A stretch of 64,000 bases of DNA, taken from NCBI RefSeq assembly GCF_009834535.1, contig NC_045697.1, positions 16,308,001 to 16,372,000 on the forward strand. Reading direction: 5' to 3'. This stretch comes from Camelus ferus. Taxonomy: Eukaryota. How positions within the stretch are numbered: position 1 is the stretch's first letter; each line of letters opens with the position of its first letter. The notes beneath the pieces were generated by a model. That model did not search any database, was not told the origin of the DNA, and worked only from the letters and a program-made list of their open reading frames with translations. Below are positions 37,010 through 50,600 of the stretch, in pieces. The translations under genes were made by a program, and so were the position numbers.

Positions 37010-37700
37010 TTTCTTTTCGTCTTTATTCTTATGCAGTTTCACTACAATGTGCTTCAGTTTCAATTTCTTTATATTTGTAATTTATATTAGATTTATCATT
37101 TTCTGGATTTTTAGATCTATGTATTCATCAATATTGAAAAATCAATTATCACTTTAAATACTGCCTCTACTCTGTTTTGTCTGGGACTGAGTTTCATGTA
37201 TATTAAAACCACCTTTATATCATGCAGCCCTTCATTCATATTTTCCATCTTTGTTTCTCTGTTTCCTATTATTTTTGGACATATATTCTAGTTCACCAGT
37301 TCTCTCTGCAGCTGTAATCATTCTGCTATTGATATAGTCACAGCTTTTATTTCAAACACTGTGTGTTTAGATTTAGAATTGTGTAGTTTAAAATGTATTT
37401 GTTCATTTCTAATATGCTCTTAACTGAGGACCTTTAAGACAGCAGTTTCTATCTCATTATATCTCAAGTAAACCCACTTCTGTTTTCCCTGTCTGGCATT
37501 GCCATCAACTGGAAGGATTTTTTGCTTAATTCCTTGTTTTTTTTCCTCTTTACTGATGCTCAGACATGAGGGATTGCTTTCTTCTGTTAAATTATGTGTT
37601 TGTTGTTTGAACTTCATGAGTTACAGCCCTAAAAGCATAAATTAAAGGTTTGGGAAGTTTTTGTGCTAATAGTCAATGGAATTCAGAAACCTGAATGCAT
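37010..37700 (-). mobile_element. Old L1M/HAL1 ORF1 fragment
   Basis: tgcagtttcactacaatgtgc...attatcactttaaatactgcctct...ttctagttcaccagttctctctgcagctgt...ttctgctatt; antisense ORF1 pattern. Confidence 0.6.
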
Positions 37701-37887
37701 CTCAGACCCTTCAGAGGACTTAGGCTCAACACCGCAGGCTCAAGCTCTCCTTCGGCTTCTTACTGGTTTTTAATGGCTTTGGTGCTAATGCTGATTACGC
37801 AGGAGACCAAAATCACTGACCTTCCAGCAAATCTGCTTTCCCCTGGCTTTTTAGCCTTAGCTCTGTGCTAAATTAGTCCCAGTTTAC

Positions 37888-38032
37888 ATACATATATATT
37901 ATATACAAATAACTTTTCATATATATATATATATGTAGAGAGAGAGAGGGTTTGTTTCTTTGGTTGTATCATTCTTCCTTCCTTCCTTCTTTTCTTCCTT
38001 CTACTACCTTCCCTTCCTTCCTTCCTTTCTTT
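37888..38032. repeat. (TA)n, (GA)n and (TTCC)n simple repeats
   Basis: Directly visible. Confidence 0.8.
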
Positions 38033-38119
38033 TAAATAAGAAGAAATGGAGAACTTAGGAGCTGTGTCTACCTCTTGTAAAACTGATGATGCTTCTAACA
38101 GTATGTTTAGTTGTTTTGC

Positions 38120-39012
38120 TGCAGTCATTTTGACTCTTCCTTAACCCTCAGATGCAATCAACTACATATTCATAACAAGTCATCTTCCAAAATAATGAAC
38201 ACCAAATCAAAAGCCAAAAACCTTTACAATCAACTTCATCTCCCAATACCCACTACCAATATTCCTGCTAAGATTACCCCCGTCTCCTGCCTAGATTACC
38301 GAAACAGTCCCCAACTTTCTTCCTGTTCCCAGTCTGGTTTACAGCCAATCCGTTTTCTTCCATGTAGTCAGAGCATTCTTACAAAAGTGCAAATCTAAAT
38401 TTATATTTGCTACTTAAAACCATCCAGCAGCCCCTCTCTCCTTCAGGCAAAAGTCAGAGTCCCTCATCGTGGTTTACTCCTATGGCCCCTGCATTACATG
38501 ACCATCATTTACACTTATGATCTTCTCTTTCATTACCACCCTCTACCCAACCTGTCACATTCTACACTCCAGGCAATATGAGCACTCCACCTTGTTTGCC
38601 TGTGTCATACACTCTCTCCCCTCTTGACTCGTGAGCATGCTATTTCCTCTTCCTGATATCCTCCCACCTCACAGATTTCCTATTTCAGCCCCCTAATATT
38701 AACTAACTTGTACTGAATAGATTATTCACTCTCTAAGGCACTATTTAAATAAGATTTCTTTTAGTAAATCTCAGAAGAAGTCCCTACTGGAATAGGCATT
38801 CCTTCTTGGGTACTCCCTTAGAGCACCACATTTCTTTTATCGCAGCACTTAACCACAATTTACTGTAATTCCTCTTTACTTGTTTGCATTCCCAACTAGA
38901 CTCTACACCCCATGAGAACAAGTCCTGTCTACTTTGTTTGTTCTTGTGTCCCAGATACTTAGATAAATGTCTTGCCTTTGGATGCTCAATAAATATTTAT
39001 TGAATGAAAGAA
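38120..39012 (+). mobile_element. L2 3' ~900 bp
   Basis: tttgactcttcc...ctcctgcctagattaccgaaacagtcccc...ctagactctacaccccatgagaacaag...gatgctcaataaatatttattgaatgaaag. Confidence 0.85.
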
Positions 39013-42009
39013 AGAAAGTAGGGATAGTTTTACAAATAGTAAGAGAAAAGCTCTGAAAAGGAACAGAAATAAAATTTTCAGCTACCATCACATAGTCTCT
39101 AATTCTTACTTTTTTCTCTATCAACTCTAAACCTCAGTAGAGATTTCTTAAATAAACGCCTTGCATATAATGAGGGCTCAATATTTTTACTAAAGAGATA
39201 ACTAAAGTATTCACTGGTTACAATTAGTGCTACCCTTATGCTTCTCTAGATAAAGCTTATGGCAAAAATAGAATGATAAAAATCCTTGGTTACTTGATGG
39301 AGGGCATATTTTTTCCCACCATTTAAATACAACACAGTCATCATTTATTTTACTTTAGGTCTGTTTTCACAAAACTTATCCTAATTGGTGTTCGAATCCT
39401 ATTATTTTCAGTTTGACACAGAGTCCAGCTTCACCACAGTTTCCCACATTCTGCACCACCCACGGTCTCTATCCGTTTTGTCCTGTCAGAGGCATATCAA
39501 GCAGGCTCTGAGTGTAATCACATCAAAATCGATTTTCATGGCTGAGAGAAAAATACTGGAAATTTCTCTAATGTAGTAAATGTATGTGTTCCTTTTGGTT
39601 AACCAAAATAGACCATACATCAGATCTGTCAAAATTAAGTTTTCTTGATTCAGTGATCTTCCACCAACTTGTATATAAATTATAAAGGCACGCTGTGGAA
39701 TGCCATGATGCAATCTTCCTGCTTCTCTAGTCTGCTCCTCCTGTATCTCTCTCAAATAAGCCATCTCACCAGCTTTGCAAACAGCAAGCCAGTATACTGT
39801 CTGAATCCTCAAGCAACCTGCTCAATGTTAGAATATCCTAAACCTATCACGTCTTAGGTCAATTAACTTTCCCATTAGGAGATGTTCCCAAACAGTAACC
39901 ATGGTAATATTTGGATGGGTGCAGAACCAAAGTCAGATGCCATCTCTTTGAACTTTTTCCAGATCCTTTTTTTTTTTTCCTTTTTATAATCATTCGACCC
40001 AAGGAATCACTTGCTTAAATATCAGTGTTCATTTCCCTGAAGCAATCCAAGGTGATAAAGTCTGTTCAGATTGTGAGATGAAGTGGTCCTACATACACTT
40101 TTTATGTCATGTTCTTTTAAAGAGATGCATTCTGAAGACATTTACAGAATTCCTCTTTTTGATTTCTTGGTAAGTGCAGTCACAGTTGCACAATGATGTT
40201 ACGAGTAAGTTTTAACCTGAATGACCCAAATTAACTACACTTTTTAATATATAACAGTTCCCTCCTGAATCTTGACAACTAAAATAAATGCTAAAAGGAG
40301 ACATAATAATTGATAATGTTTTGATTAATAGGAATGGAAAAGAGATTCTGTATGTGCAAAACCAACCCATGATGTATTTCTGAAAGTTGTTGACCAATAA
40401 GCCAATTTTTTTTTATTAGCACCCAACAGCCATTCATACCAGCAAGAAGTAAACCAAAAATTACTTCAAGTTCAGTATCCCTGATGTACTACAGGGAAAT
40501 TCCAGGATTTTATTTCTTTTGCCTAAGAGAGGTAAGAATGAATATACACTGAAATGTACACCTTATAAAAAAATGCCAAGATATATTCCAAAGAAACTTC
40601 AGGTAGTGTGGATAGTCCCATTAAAAATTTTTTTAAAAAATGGTAAAATAAATTTTCCTAATATCCATCTTGTGAAAATCAAGGTTATTTCTTAGTTCAG
40701 TTTTCTTCACTCAGAACTAATTCTTTAAAAGCTCAGATGAAAACAAAACCAATTCTAAGAGCTTGGTAGTCATGAGCAGTAATGAGAAGTTGGTTTACAT
40801 GTCTGGTGAAAAAAAGTTGACATTGTTAAAAATCAGATTCCTGTTTAAACTCCTGGGATTTTTTTTAACAGGGTATCATGGGGACATAAATGGGTAGCTA
40901 GTGATAATGTTCTTTATTTAACATTCACATTTAATAATCTTTAATAACTTGATTCTATATTTCATAATATCCACTGGGACTTTTAAAATAGGAGGCAATA
41001 TGGCAGAGAAGGAAAAACATGGGACTGAGAATTAAGAGTTCTGTGTGTCAAATTACACTTCCTAGATCTGGTCATGAAATACCTCTCAGCAGTGAACAAA
41101 CCCCTTTTCAGCACTTCTTTTTAAGTCTTTAAAAAAGCCAAATTTCTTCAGCATTATTTCTACATATGACTGACACAATATTCCTACAGACTTTTACATC
41201 TTTAAAAATGTTTAATTTTGTGTTGGTGGTGTTGCTGTCATTCTTTAAACTCTCTCTGAGGCATTTAGGATTTTAAACATCTAACGGCAGAACTTTTTTT
41301 GGATATATAATAATTAACTGTTGACTGAAATGTAATCTAAACTGGCTTTGATAACATTCTCCTTCAAAAATTGATGAAAATGTTGTAAAAAAGCCAACCT
41401 AACCGGGGTGATAAGAAATCCATTCATACCCCTTAACAGACTTTCAATTCTAGACAGTCTCGTTTCTGGGAGGCAAGTCTGATGTGACGCACATTAGCAT
41501 AATCAATAGGGAAATTGATCCAGTACAAAGATGAGAAGGAAGAACTGATAGTGGAGGATTTCCTTCTTGAAACACAGATTTGAAAAACATAGTTCCTGGC
41601 TAGTATTTAACAGTAGAAATGTCTTTACCTGCCTGAGCTTTCGTAATGAAAAATATCCCTTACAATCTGCGAACTTTTTCTAACTCGGCAGCAGTATAAA
41701 TTAATAGTAAACCGCCGTTATAGTATAATTTATTAAATTGTAGATGCTTTAGTAGCTGTGTGGCTATATATTTCAACCCAAGTGTCCAAATCCTACAGTA
41801 AAACTCTGGTAATGTCTGGATAACTACTGTGTGAGTTCAATACATCAGCATTATAAAATGGATCATTATGTGTGTTTTATGCACTTAATGAAGTTGTTCA
41901 ATGAACATTCACTCATTCACTTATAAATATTTATTGAACATGTATATTGTCAAGCACAGTGCTAGGTGCTCTTATTTAAATTCCAAATTAATTTTGCAAT
42001 GGCAAGAGT

Positions 42010-42215
42010 TGAACTTATTTCTGTATTTTGCCACCTGAGTTTAAATTCCATTTTCATCACCTATTTACTATACTTACTTGGACGAATTGCTCAACCTTTC
42101 TGCTCCCCACTTTTCCCATATGTAAAATGGGAATAATAAGAGCATAAAAAGTCATGGGAGCTTCATGACAAGTAAGTGAAATAACTAATTCAAGCATTCT
42201 GTATGGAAACTGCTA
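42010..42215 (+). mobile_element. MIR SINE
   Basis: cctgagtttaaattcc...acttggacgaattgctcaacctttctgctccccacttttcccatatgtaaaatgggaataataa. Confidence 0.8.
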
Positions 42216-43652
42216 ATTGTCTTCACATTACATACTCCAAACTGAGACTCTGGAAGAAAAACAGTTTGCTAGTGGGCAACCAGGTAATAAGTAGAGAATT
42301 GAAAATTCAGGCTGTATTTCTCTAAAATGCAAATCTTTACTTACCTTTTTAAAAGTTGTTTCTATCAATATAATACCTATGCATCATTTTTAAAAGTTAA
42401 TTAATACTACAAGACTAAAAACAAATGTAAAATATAGCAACCCTCTCCTTTTCCTCTCAATTCCGAATTCCAATAGCATACTAATATTTCTATTTCTTGG
42501 TTTATTAAGTTCAGACATTATTTATTATCTTCCTGTTATGAAATATGGAGACTCAACACCCAAATGTCCCCACCACCTACTTTACATTTTTTCATTCTCC
42601 CAACATAGTTATATTAAATTTGCTCAGATAAAGCAATTCTTAATGTTTACATTATGGTTGCTAAGTAATTATTTTTCCCTCCTGAACACTAGATTTCAGT
42701 GACGCTTCCTGTGCAATATTTTGTTTTTTTCTAGATTGAAATAATTTTCTCGAATTAATTTTGGCTTAACTGTCTGTGTTCCTCTCACTCTTTTTTTTTT
42801 TTTAACAAACTCTTCAGAAGTATCAGATCACTTTCAAATTCTCTTTTCCACATGGTCAAGCACATTAGAGTATCTACCTGTTTATCCATTTTCCTTGAAG
42901 ACATTTTCCTGAAGGTCCCCATGCTCCCACTCCATTCTCGACCTGTGTCTGAGTCCGGTGAGGCTGCTCTCGCCCTAAGACTGCCTTTCTCCTCTCTTGA
43001 TGATGGACCCACTTCTTCCTGAATTCTGGGTCTTCCTCTCTCTTGTTTATCTCTTTGTTTTGATGAAATATAATCTGAGATGCTAGAATAATTGCCAAAA
43101 CAAAAGTGACCTGAGATAAATATATTGAAAAATTACCTGTTCACAAATGTCTTTCTTCCACTGTTATATTTGATTGATAGTTGGCTAGGTATAGAATTTT
43201 CTGTTGGGAAAAAAAAAAAAAAACCTGTATTCAAGATTTTGAAAGCATTATTCAGTTGTTATTTAGTTTCTAGTTTTGCTTAAGATGTCAGTTGCCGGTC
43301 TGGTTCTGCAAGTTTTCCATATGACCTGTTTTTTTCTTTTCCTCCGTGGGAGTTTTTGGACCTTAACTTATTCTAGTTTCATAAACTTTATGATGATATA
43401 TCTTACTGTGGGTATTTTTTACTCTTTTCCTTTTTCATCATTGTTCTGTACACCAGTGGGTCTTCAATTCTGAAAAATTTCCTTGAAATATTTCTTAAAT
43501 AATTTCCTCTTTTCAATTTTTCTTGTTCTTTTTTCTGGAATTTATATTAGCCAGATGATTAACCTCTTGAATTATCATTTATTATACATTTTTTCTTATC
43601 TAAATTTTTTTAAATGTTGACCTTTTGATTCTATTTCTTAAAGACTGCTGTT

Positions 43653-44455
43653 GAGGCCAAAGAGTACATGGAAAGATGCTCAATGTCACTGCTCATTGGG
43701 GAAATGCAAATCAAAACCATAATAAGATATCACCTCACACATGCAAGCATGGTTATTATTTTTTTTTAAAGGCAATAAGTATAATAAGTATTGATGAAAT
43801 TGAAAAACTTGCACACTATTGTTGGAAAAGCAAAATAGTATAACCACTATGGAACAGTATAGAGGTTCAACAAAAAAGTAAAAATAGAGCTACCATATGA
43901 TCTGTAAATTCCACTTCTGGGTATTTATCCAAAAGAATTGAAATCATAATCCCAAAGAGGTATTAGCAGTTCTACGTTTATTGCCATGTCATTCACAGTA
44001 GCCAAGATGTAGAAACAAACTAAATGCCCATTAACGGATGAATGGATAAAGAAAGTGTAGTATATATACACAATCAAATATTACTCGGCCTTAAAAAAGA
44101 AGAAAATCCTGCAATACGCAACAACATGGATTAACCTTGAGGACAGTATGTTCAATGAAATAAGCCAGTCACAGAAGGACAAATATTGCATGATTCCGCT
44201 TATATAAGGTATACAAAACAGTCAAAAGTGTAGAATTAAAGAATAATATGGTGGTTTCCAGGGGCTGGGGGAAGATAGAAATTGGAAGTTCCTAATTAAC
44301 ATGTATAAAATTTCAGTTATAGGAGATGAATAAGTTCCAGTTATGGAAGATCTGCTGTACAACATTGTGCCTATAGACAACAGTACTGAATTGTACACCT
44401 AAAAATCACTTGAGGGTAGATTACATGTTACATGTCTTTATCATAATATTAAAAA
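43653..44455 (+). mobile_element. L1MA9/10-L1MB1-like 3' fragment inserted in HAL1
   Basis: gaaagatgctcaatgtcact...gaaatgcaaatcaaaacca...ccacttctgggtatttatccaaaagaattgaaatca...gatctgctgtacaacattgtgcctatag. Confidence 0.9.
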
Positions 44456-45383
44456 TGACATTTCTGTTGGGTTTTTAATGGAAGCTATCCTTTCAAGTCA
44501 TTAGTTGTTCTTTAAATTGTTTACTTTTTACATAATGCTGTTCTTATTTCAGGAATGTGGTGCTAGTCTCTTATCTCTCCAAGATTAAAGGTTCAGGTTG
44601 ATTTGTTTGCTTGTTTTAAGGTTTGTTCTGCTCCCTGTCTATCTCTTTGACAATGTCTCTGTGTGATTTGTTTCAATGGCCCTATATCCATGCTGAAGTT
44701 TTCCGTACATGTCTGATGATGCCTGGCTCCCCACTCATATTTTAAAGTTAAAGCTCTCAAGAGATGACTGCAGTTCCCTGTGACCAGGCTTCACTGCAGG
44801 GTGATTGGGTTGGGGTGATAACACTCTTTGCTGTGCACTTCCTAGGCGCTACTCGCTTAGCAGTCATCCTCATATCTCCAGAGAGGAATCTTCCAATCCA
44901 CTGCTGGTAAAAGACAGTAGAGGGGAAAGGATGAAAATTAAGCTCCATCCCAAAGTTCTTGGAGCTAACAAGGGGAAGGATGAGGATCTTACTGTCCAAT
45001 GTGTGGACTTTTTTACTATCTTTATTTTCAGTACTATGCCTCTCATCTTGAGAATCTTGGCTTAATTCCCCCCCAAGGCAAGTTTTCTCCTGCCTGAGGT
45101 GAGGGTGATCATTACCCAGCTATACAGGATGAGGAAAGAGTTCCACAAATCTAACTGTTCCTTCTTTAAATGTTCAACCTATTATAGGTCTTAAGGAGAA
45201 CTTCCAAAGTGGCTGAGGCCTCAGATTCCTGAGCCTTCTAGGAACCGGCAACATGGACTTGTTTGCTTCTCATTGGATATTTTCTCAACTGTAGATAATT
45301 ACCATGTTTATTGATCCTTAGATATATTTTTAAATTTTTCTAACATTTTTGAATGTGGGGAACTGTATTACGGTCATTTGCAT

Positions 45384-46200
45384 TATAGAAGATTGTATTT
45401 TCCAAAGACAGCTGCAACAATACCTTCCATCCCACCTGTTATTTATTTTTTGTGTGTTTTTTGTTGGTGGTGGTGGTTTTTTGTATGTATTTATTGAAGT
45501 ATAGTCAGTTTACAATGTTGTGTCAATTTCTGGTGTACAGTATAATGCTTTAGTCATACATGAAAATAAATATATTCATTTTCATATTCTTTCTCACCGT
45601 AGGTTACTATGAGATATTCAATATAGTTCCCTGTGCTGTACAGTATGAACTTGTTGTTCATCTGTTTTATATATATTAGTTATTATCTGAAAATCTCGAA
45701 CTCCCCATTTATCCCTTTGACTGTGACCCTGTCTTTCTTTGATGTAGACATGGAGTGTATGTCTTCTGCTGCTGAATCTGGTTGAAATGTTGTGACTGCC
45801 TCAACCAAGAGTGTGGTGTGGAAATGAGGCTGTGTGATTTGAAGACATGGGTCATAAAGAGTAACATGGCTCTGCCCAGCTCTCTCTCAGGATGTTTGCT
45901 TTCATAACTCAGCTATCATGGGGAAGCCCAGGCTACATGAACAGGTGTATTGTAAGTGTCTCCACCAAGAAGCCCAGCTGAAGTCTCAGGTGACAGCTAG
46001 CAGTCATCATTGTCTGTGTGAGTGAAGAAGCCTTTGAGATGATTCTAACCCCAGTTCTGATCACAACTGCCTGAGAGATCCTGACCCAGCCAGGCCCAGT
46101 CAACCCCCCAGAATCGTGAGAGATATTAGTGAAATTATTATTGTTGGTTTAAGCTACTAAGTTTGGGATGGTTTGTTAGACAGCAACGTATAACTGGACA
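45384..46200 (+). mobile_element. MaLR solo LTR (MLT1F/G/H-like), interrupted by a young L1 tail
   Basis: gattgtattttccaaagacagctgcaacaataccttccatccca...gaagcccaggctacatg...ttaagctactaagtttgggatggtttgttagacagcaacgtataactggaca. Confidence 0.85.
45440..45718 (-). mobile_element. Lineage-specific L1 3' end
   Basis: tttattgaagtatagtcagtttacaatgttgtgtcaatttctggtgtacag...atatagttccctgtgctgtacagt...aatctcgaactccccatttatccct; same family as 36410-36843. Confidence 0.9.
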
Positions 46201-46734
46201 TTTGTAATTATAAATTTATAATTATATTTGGCAACGATTTTTTCTTAACAAAACAAACTAATGAAGCATCTTACAATAAATGGCATCTTCAATTTAGAAA
46301 ATATATCAGCATTCTACTTTCTCTGTCTTGTTAACTCCTCTTCTGCTCTCTATGTTCCAAAAATTTGTTGTCCTCTCTGGTTTACTGGTGAATAGATACC
46401 TTTATTCTATTCTCATTTTAGTGAGACTTCTGGAAGGAATGGCGGTAAGTGTGTGTTCAGTATGCTGAACTCATCATCCTATAGATAAAGTTCCAAATTT
46501 ACAGATGTAGTTTCAATACTGATGGCTACCTAATGACAGCAGTGTGTCCTTTTTTGCACTATTACCCAGGTCTTATTTTTTGTTTTTACTTTAGTGAAAG
46601 TTAGTGCTAACAAACAAGGTTAGTGCTCTGAAACCGTTAGTTCAATGGAGTCATTCTGCACACCCAAAATGGACAAATAATAAAAACATAACCAAAGTGG
46701 ATAAAAATTATGTATGGAATAACAATAAACAAGT

Positions 46735-46900
46735 CAACATAAATTTCTGATCCTCAATTTTCATAAGCTCAAAATAGAAATATCAATTTTAACAGAAATT
46801 TTAGGTGATAATTTAATGAGATAATACATGTTAAAATTCTTATTACAGTACCTAATCCATAGAATATAGTGTATCCCTAATATTGGCTCAATATGGATGC
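46735..46900 (+). mobile_element. MIR fragment
   Basis: tctgatcctcaattttcataagctcaaaatagaaata...ttaatgagataatacatg...acagtacctaatccatag. Confidence 0.6.
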
Positions 46901-47044
46901 ATTTAACATTATTTCCTGTATCATTTTTAATGGAACAGTTAATTTTTATAAATTAAGTTTTAAAAAGCATAAACTATCCCTGAACTATTCATCATGTTGA
47001 GTTTTTCATAATCTTTTATATACTAATCTCTAATCATGAATGCA

Positions 47045-47487
47045 TTTAGGCATAGGATTGCTTTATGTCTTCCCAGCATCTATTTTCTTTTCTTCTTAAA
47101 CAGAAGCTCAATTTCCCTTATTAGCTACAGTTGTGGTAACTGACCAAACATGTGTCTCAGCCTTCCCGCTGGCAAAGGGTAGATAAGTGATTTAAGCGAG
47201 ACCATAACTAAATTCTCTTCTAGGAATTTGAATATTGAGCTGAGCAACACAGAGATTTTAAACGGTCAGATTTCACTCATCCTAAGGATAGCACTTTGAA
47301 GAAACTGCCCATTAGTTCTTGTTACCTACATTCCTGGAACGGCTTTATCTGCCCTTGTTGACACATGGTTCTTCAACTTCCTTTGAATCATTGAGCAATT
47401 CTATCTTCTTAATCAATTTCTATTTTTTGCTCAAATCAACCAAAATTCATTTCTGTTGCATGCAACTGGAGAATACCAGCTGATATA
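47045..47487 (+). mobile_element. ERVL solo LTR (LTR33-like)
   Basis: cccagcatctattttc...tctaggaatttgaat... and 3' end aatcaatttctattttttgctcaaatcaaccaaaattcatttctgttgcatgcaactggagaataccagctgatata. Confidence 0.6.
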
Positions 47488-50359
47488 TTGATATTCAGAG
47501 AATCCGTTTCTAACAAAAAGATAAGCCATATTTGAAGGTAGAGCTGACTTGATACAAATGAGTGTAGTTTAGCTAGCTTTTTTGTTTTCATGCCTATTTC
47601 ATAAAATACCTCCTTATTCTCAGAATAAGTGTTTCTTATGTGCATTAAAGCCATGTTTAAAATAGGGTAAAATTAAACAGCCATAACTTGAAAGCAAGAT
47701 TTGTTTCAAATATATAAGATCACCAAAATTGCCTGGACAGATAAACATATTAAACACACTTATGTTGCAATCTGGTTGGAGAAATTGCTGTGATACATTA
47801 AATCAACTTACAATGTTAAATCCACATATCGTTTGGAGATTTTCTCCTACAAGCATTTATTTGGCATGGTGGTAAGCTGAAGTTCTTTGTGAGCCGTTGC
47901 TTAAATGAAACACAAGGGAGACATTCACATGATGGGCCTCTGAACACTTTGCCAAATTATAATTATCCATAAACAAAGACCAGAAACCCAGAAAAGAACC
48001 TATTAGTGTTGCCATGCCTTCTTAAAGCTCTTCCTTTGATTATTTCTATTGCTACTCAGAGTCACATTATTACCAGCTGATGGGTGGCACAGATGGCGCC
48101 GAGCAGAGAGGTTTGTTTCTGTCATGGTCTGCACTATTTCTCCATGCCTTTTCTTAGAGAGTTTTGGTGGATTGCAATTTCATTTATTTCTTGGATAATT
48201 GTTTCACTGCTTTTGTTGTTTTTATTTAATTAGTCAGAATATAGTTATGTGTAGAGGGCACTTGACTGGCTCCTGTGGTACTAATAGTAACTGGAGAAGG
48301 CTCTGTTAATTTCCCTTCTACTGTTTGTTTGAAAGATGTCCTGGACCATTTGGCTTTTACCATGTCGCAAGAAGCTGGCCCTGAGATTTTTAGCCTGATG
48401 TCTGAGCATGCATGCGTATAGTATTTTTGCCTTTCTAAGGTTTTCTCGATTTAAATTGGTCTGCTCCTCCCTCCCCTCTCCTCTCTTGTCCCTTCCCCTT
48501 ATCTTTCTCTCTCCACGTACATACACACGTATATTCACCATCCTGGACCACTTTGATGGTTCCTATGTATGGGAGAAGTTCAATAATGCACAGTAAAACT
48601 TGTAGCCCCAAAGTCTCCTACTTAAGATTACTTTCCAGTTTCTACTTGTGCTATTTGTTGGTTTGCTCTATTTTTTTTTTTTGTCTGCTCTTTCATGATC
48701 TTTATGAATTCCTCTACATTGCTACAATATTTAAGTTGCCTGGGAATTTGCTGAAAATTATAGCAGAAGCTTCAGGCCTCTCCTATGTTCAGGAATCCAC
48801 AGACTGTGTTAGGAAGACTTCAGTGACTCCGTCTTTGCCCTGTTCCTGTCATCTTTGATAGAAATTTTCCAATGCCAGCTAGCAATTCAGACTGATTTCT
48901 CTCTACCATGGCTTTCATCTCTTTTACACTTTAAGAATCAATTTTAGGTCGTAGGATGATTTTATTTCACCTTCCTGAAAGTTTCATTTAATATACTCTG
49001 CTTTTTGAACTTTATATATATTCAGAAGCTCATAGGTAATGAATCTGTAGAACATGTGAATATACAGTATTTCCATATAGCTTCCACCATATCCTTGATA
49101 TGTGAGTGTCAGAATTATATTTCAGAGTAAGGACCAAAGAAGCTTTTAGGAGAATGGTATTTCATTAACTCACCTTCTGGCATTTTAACTGTTATCAGTT
49201 GTACAGTTTAGTTTTATTACAACAGACATTATTGTGATAACTTTTCCTACTTTATCTTTGCAATTTATTGGAGCAGTTAATTTCTCAAAAAGTAGGAGCA
49301 TTTTTTCTCATTAGAAATTCCTTCATGGCCTCTTTAATATATGTTCCTTGCTATTTAGAAGAACTGCTGATAAGTGATTTTGATTTGTGTCCTCAGTAAT
49401 CTGAGATGTTTAACAGAAACTTGGCAAACCACTTAGGGGCTGAAGCCATTTCTTAAAACCAGCCCCAGCTGATTAATTTCTGCCCCGTTACTGCCACCAA
49501 CATTCAAAAAGTTCCTATATAGCAATGGCCAACCAAATATACTTATGAACTTCCAAAGGACAAAGTTTTTACTTTGTTTAATGAGTCTTTTTTTCCCCTA
49601 AGATTACTGTTTCTCCTTTTGATTTGTAACTCCAGAATTTGACAGCATTGAGCTTTAAGGACTGAATCTATTAGCTCAAAGTCAGTGAGAGAGATTTCAA
49701 TTATCCAATAAGATATGTGCTCTGTATAACTCCAAACCATGTCATTCAATCATCCAAATTATCATCTTTGACCAAATGAAACAGCAAAAGTCAGTCTTCT
49801 TTTCTCTTTGCCACACTAAAAGTAGTCCATCTGCACAAATTTTATCCCTAATTTCTCTTTCTGTATTTATTTTTATATTTCCATATACTTTCCTCTCTTT
49901 TGGACTTTGAGTTTCTCATGTTTATTTCTCCAGTTGCTGTCCCCTGACAGAGCTTTAGCAAGATAAAGGAGAAGAATTTACATCTGAAAACATGACCCAA
50001 ATGTGGCAGCCTTCAGAGAGTATAGTAAGTGGTATATAGGAAGCAAGAAGTAGACAAGAATTCAGTGACATAAGTAGGACAGGTACTTAGAAAAGGAAAG
50101 AAAAGGTTGATATTGACTGTGATGAGAAAATGAAGGACCATTTTAACCAGCCTAACATGAAAGCTGTTTGTAAACATGACTCTTCAGACTTCTGTTTTGG
50201 TTCTTTTTCCACAAGGACCGTTTCTCTCATACAACCACAGAGTGGCCCACATTTGGAGCTCAGAGATTCCATATCCTGCCTCCTGGTTTATAAACACCAG
50301 TTCTGACTAGGGAATTTGTAGGAGTCTAGGTGGGCAAGTCGGTGTTAATTAACTATGTG

Positions 50360-50600
50360 ATATTAACAACAACAACTCCAACATTGATGAGGGTCTACCA
50401 CATGCCTACAGAGCTAAGGGGACTTTGCGCACACTACTTTGTTTATTTCCTTCTGCAGTCCTTAAAAGATAATTATTGTTGTCTCTACCTTATAGTCAAG
50501 GAAACTAAGATGAGAGAGAGAAAGCGAGTTCTTCAAGATAGTTGAGGTAGTGAGTCACCTCCAGGTCCTTGGGGCTAGGTCTTTTCCATTCTGCTCCACC
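50360..50600 (-). mobile_element. MIR SINE
   Basis: acattgatgagggtctaccacatgcc...caaggaaactaagatgagagagaaagcgagttcttcaagat. Confidence 0.7.

Larger units (their letters stand above)
45301..46305. mobile_element. MER104-like TcMar-Tc2 MITE split by an LTR (45301-45383 and ~46201-46305)
   Basis: Left half ccatgtttattgatccttagat...taacatttttgaatgtgggg; right half gcatcttacaataaatggcatcttcaatttagaaaatat. Confidence 0.55.
42345..46470 (-). mobile_element. HAL1 (ORF1-only, half-L1) element, fragmented by later insertions
   Basis: 3' UTR runs directly into ORF1 (aaatgtctttcttccac...ttgattgatagttggctaggtatagaatt...gattttgaaagcatt) with no ORF2 between; 5' end cattttagtgagacttctggaagg...gtgtgtgttcagtatgc at ~46415-46470. 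Confidence 0.65.
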
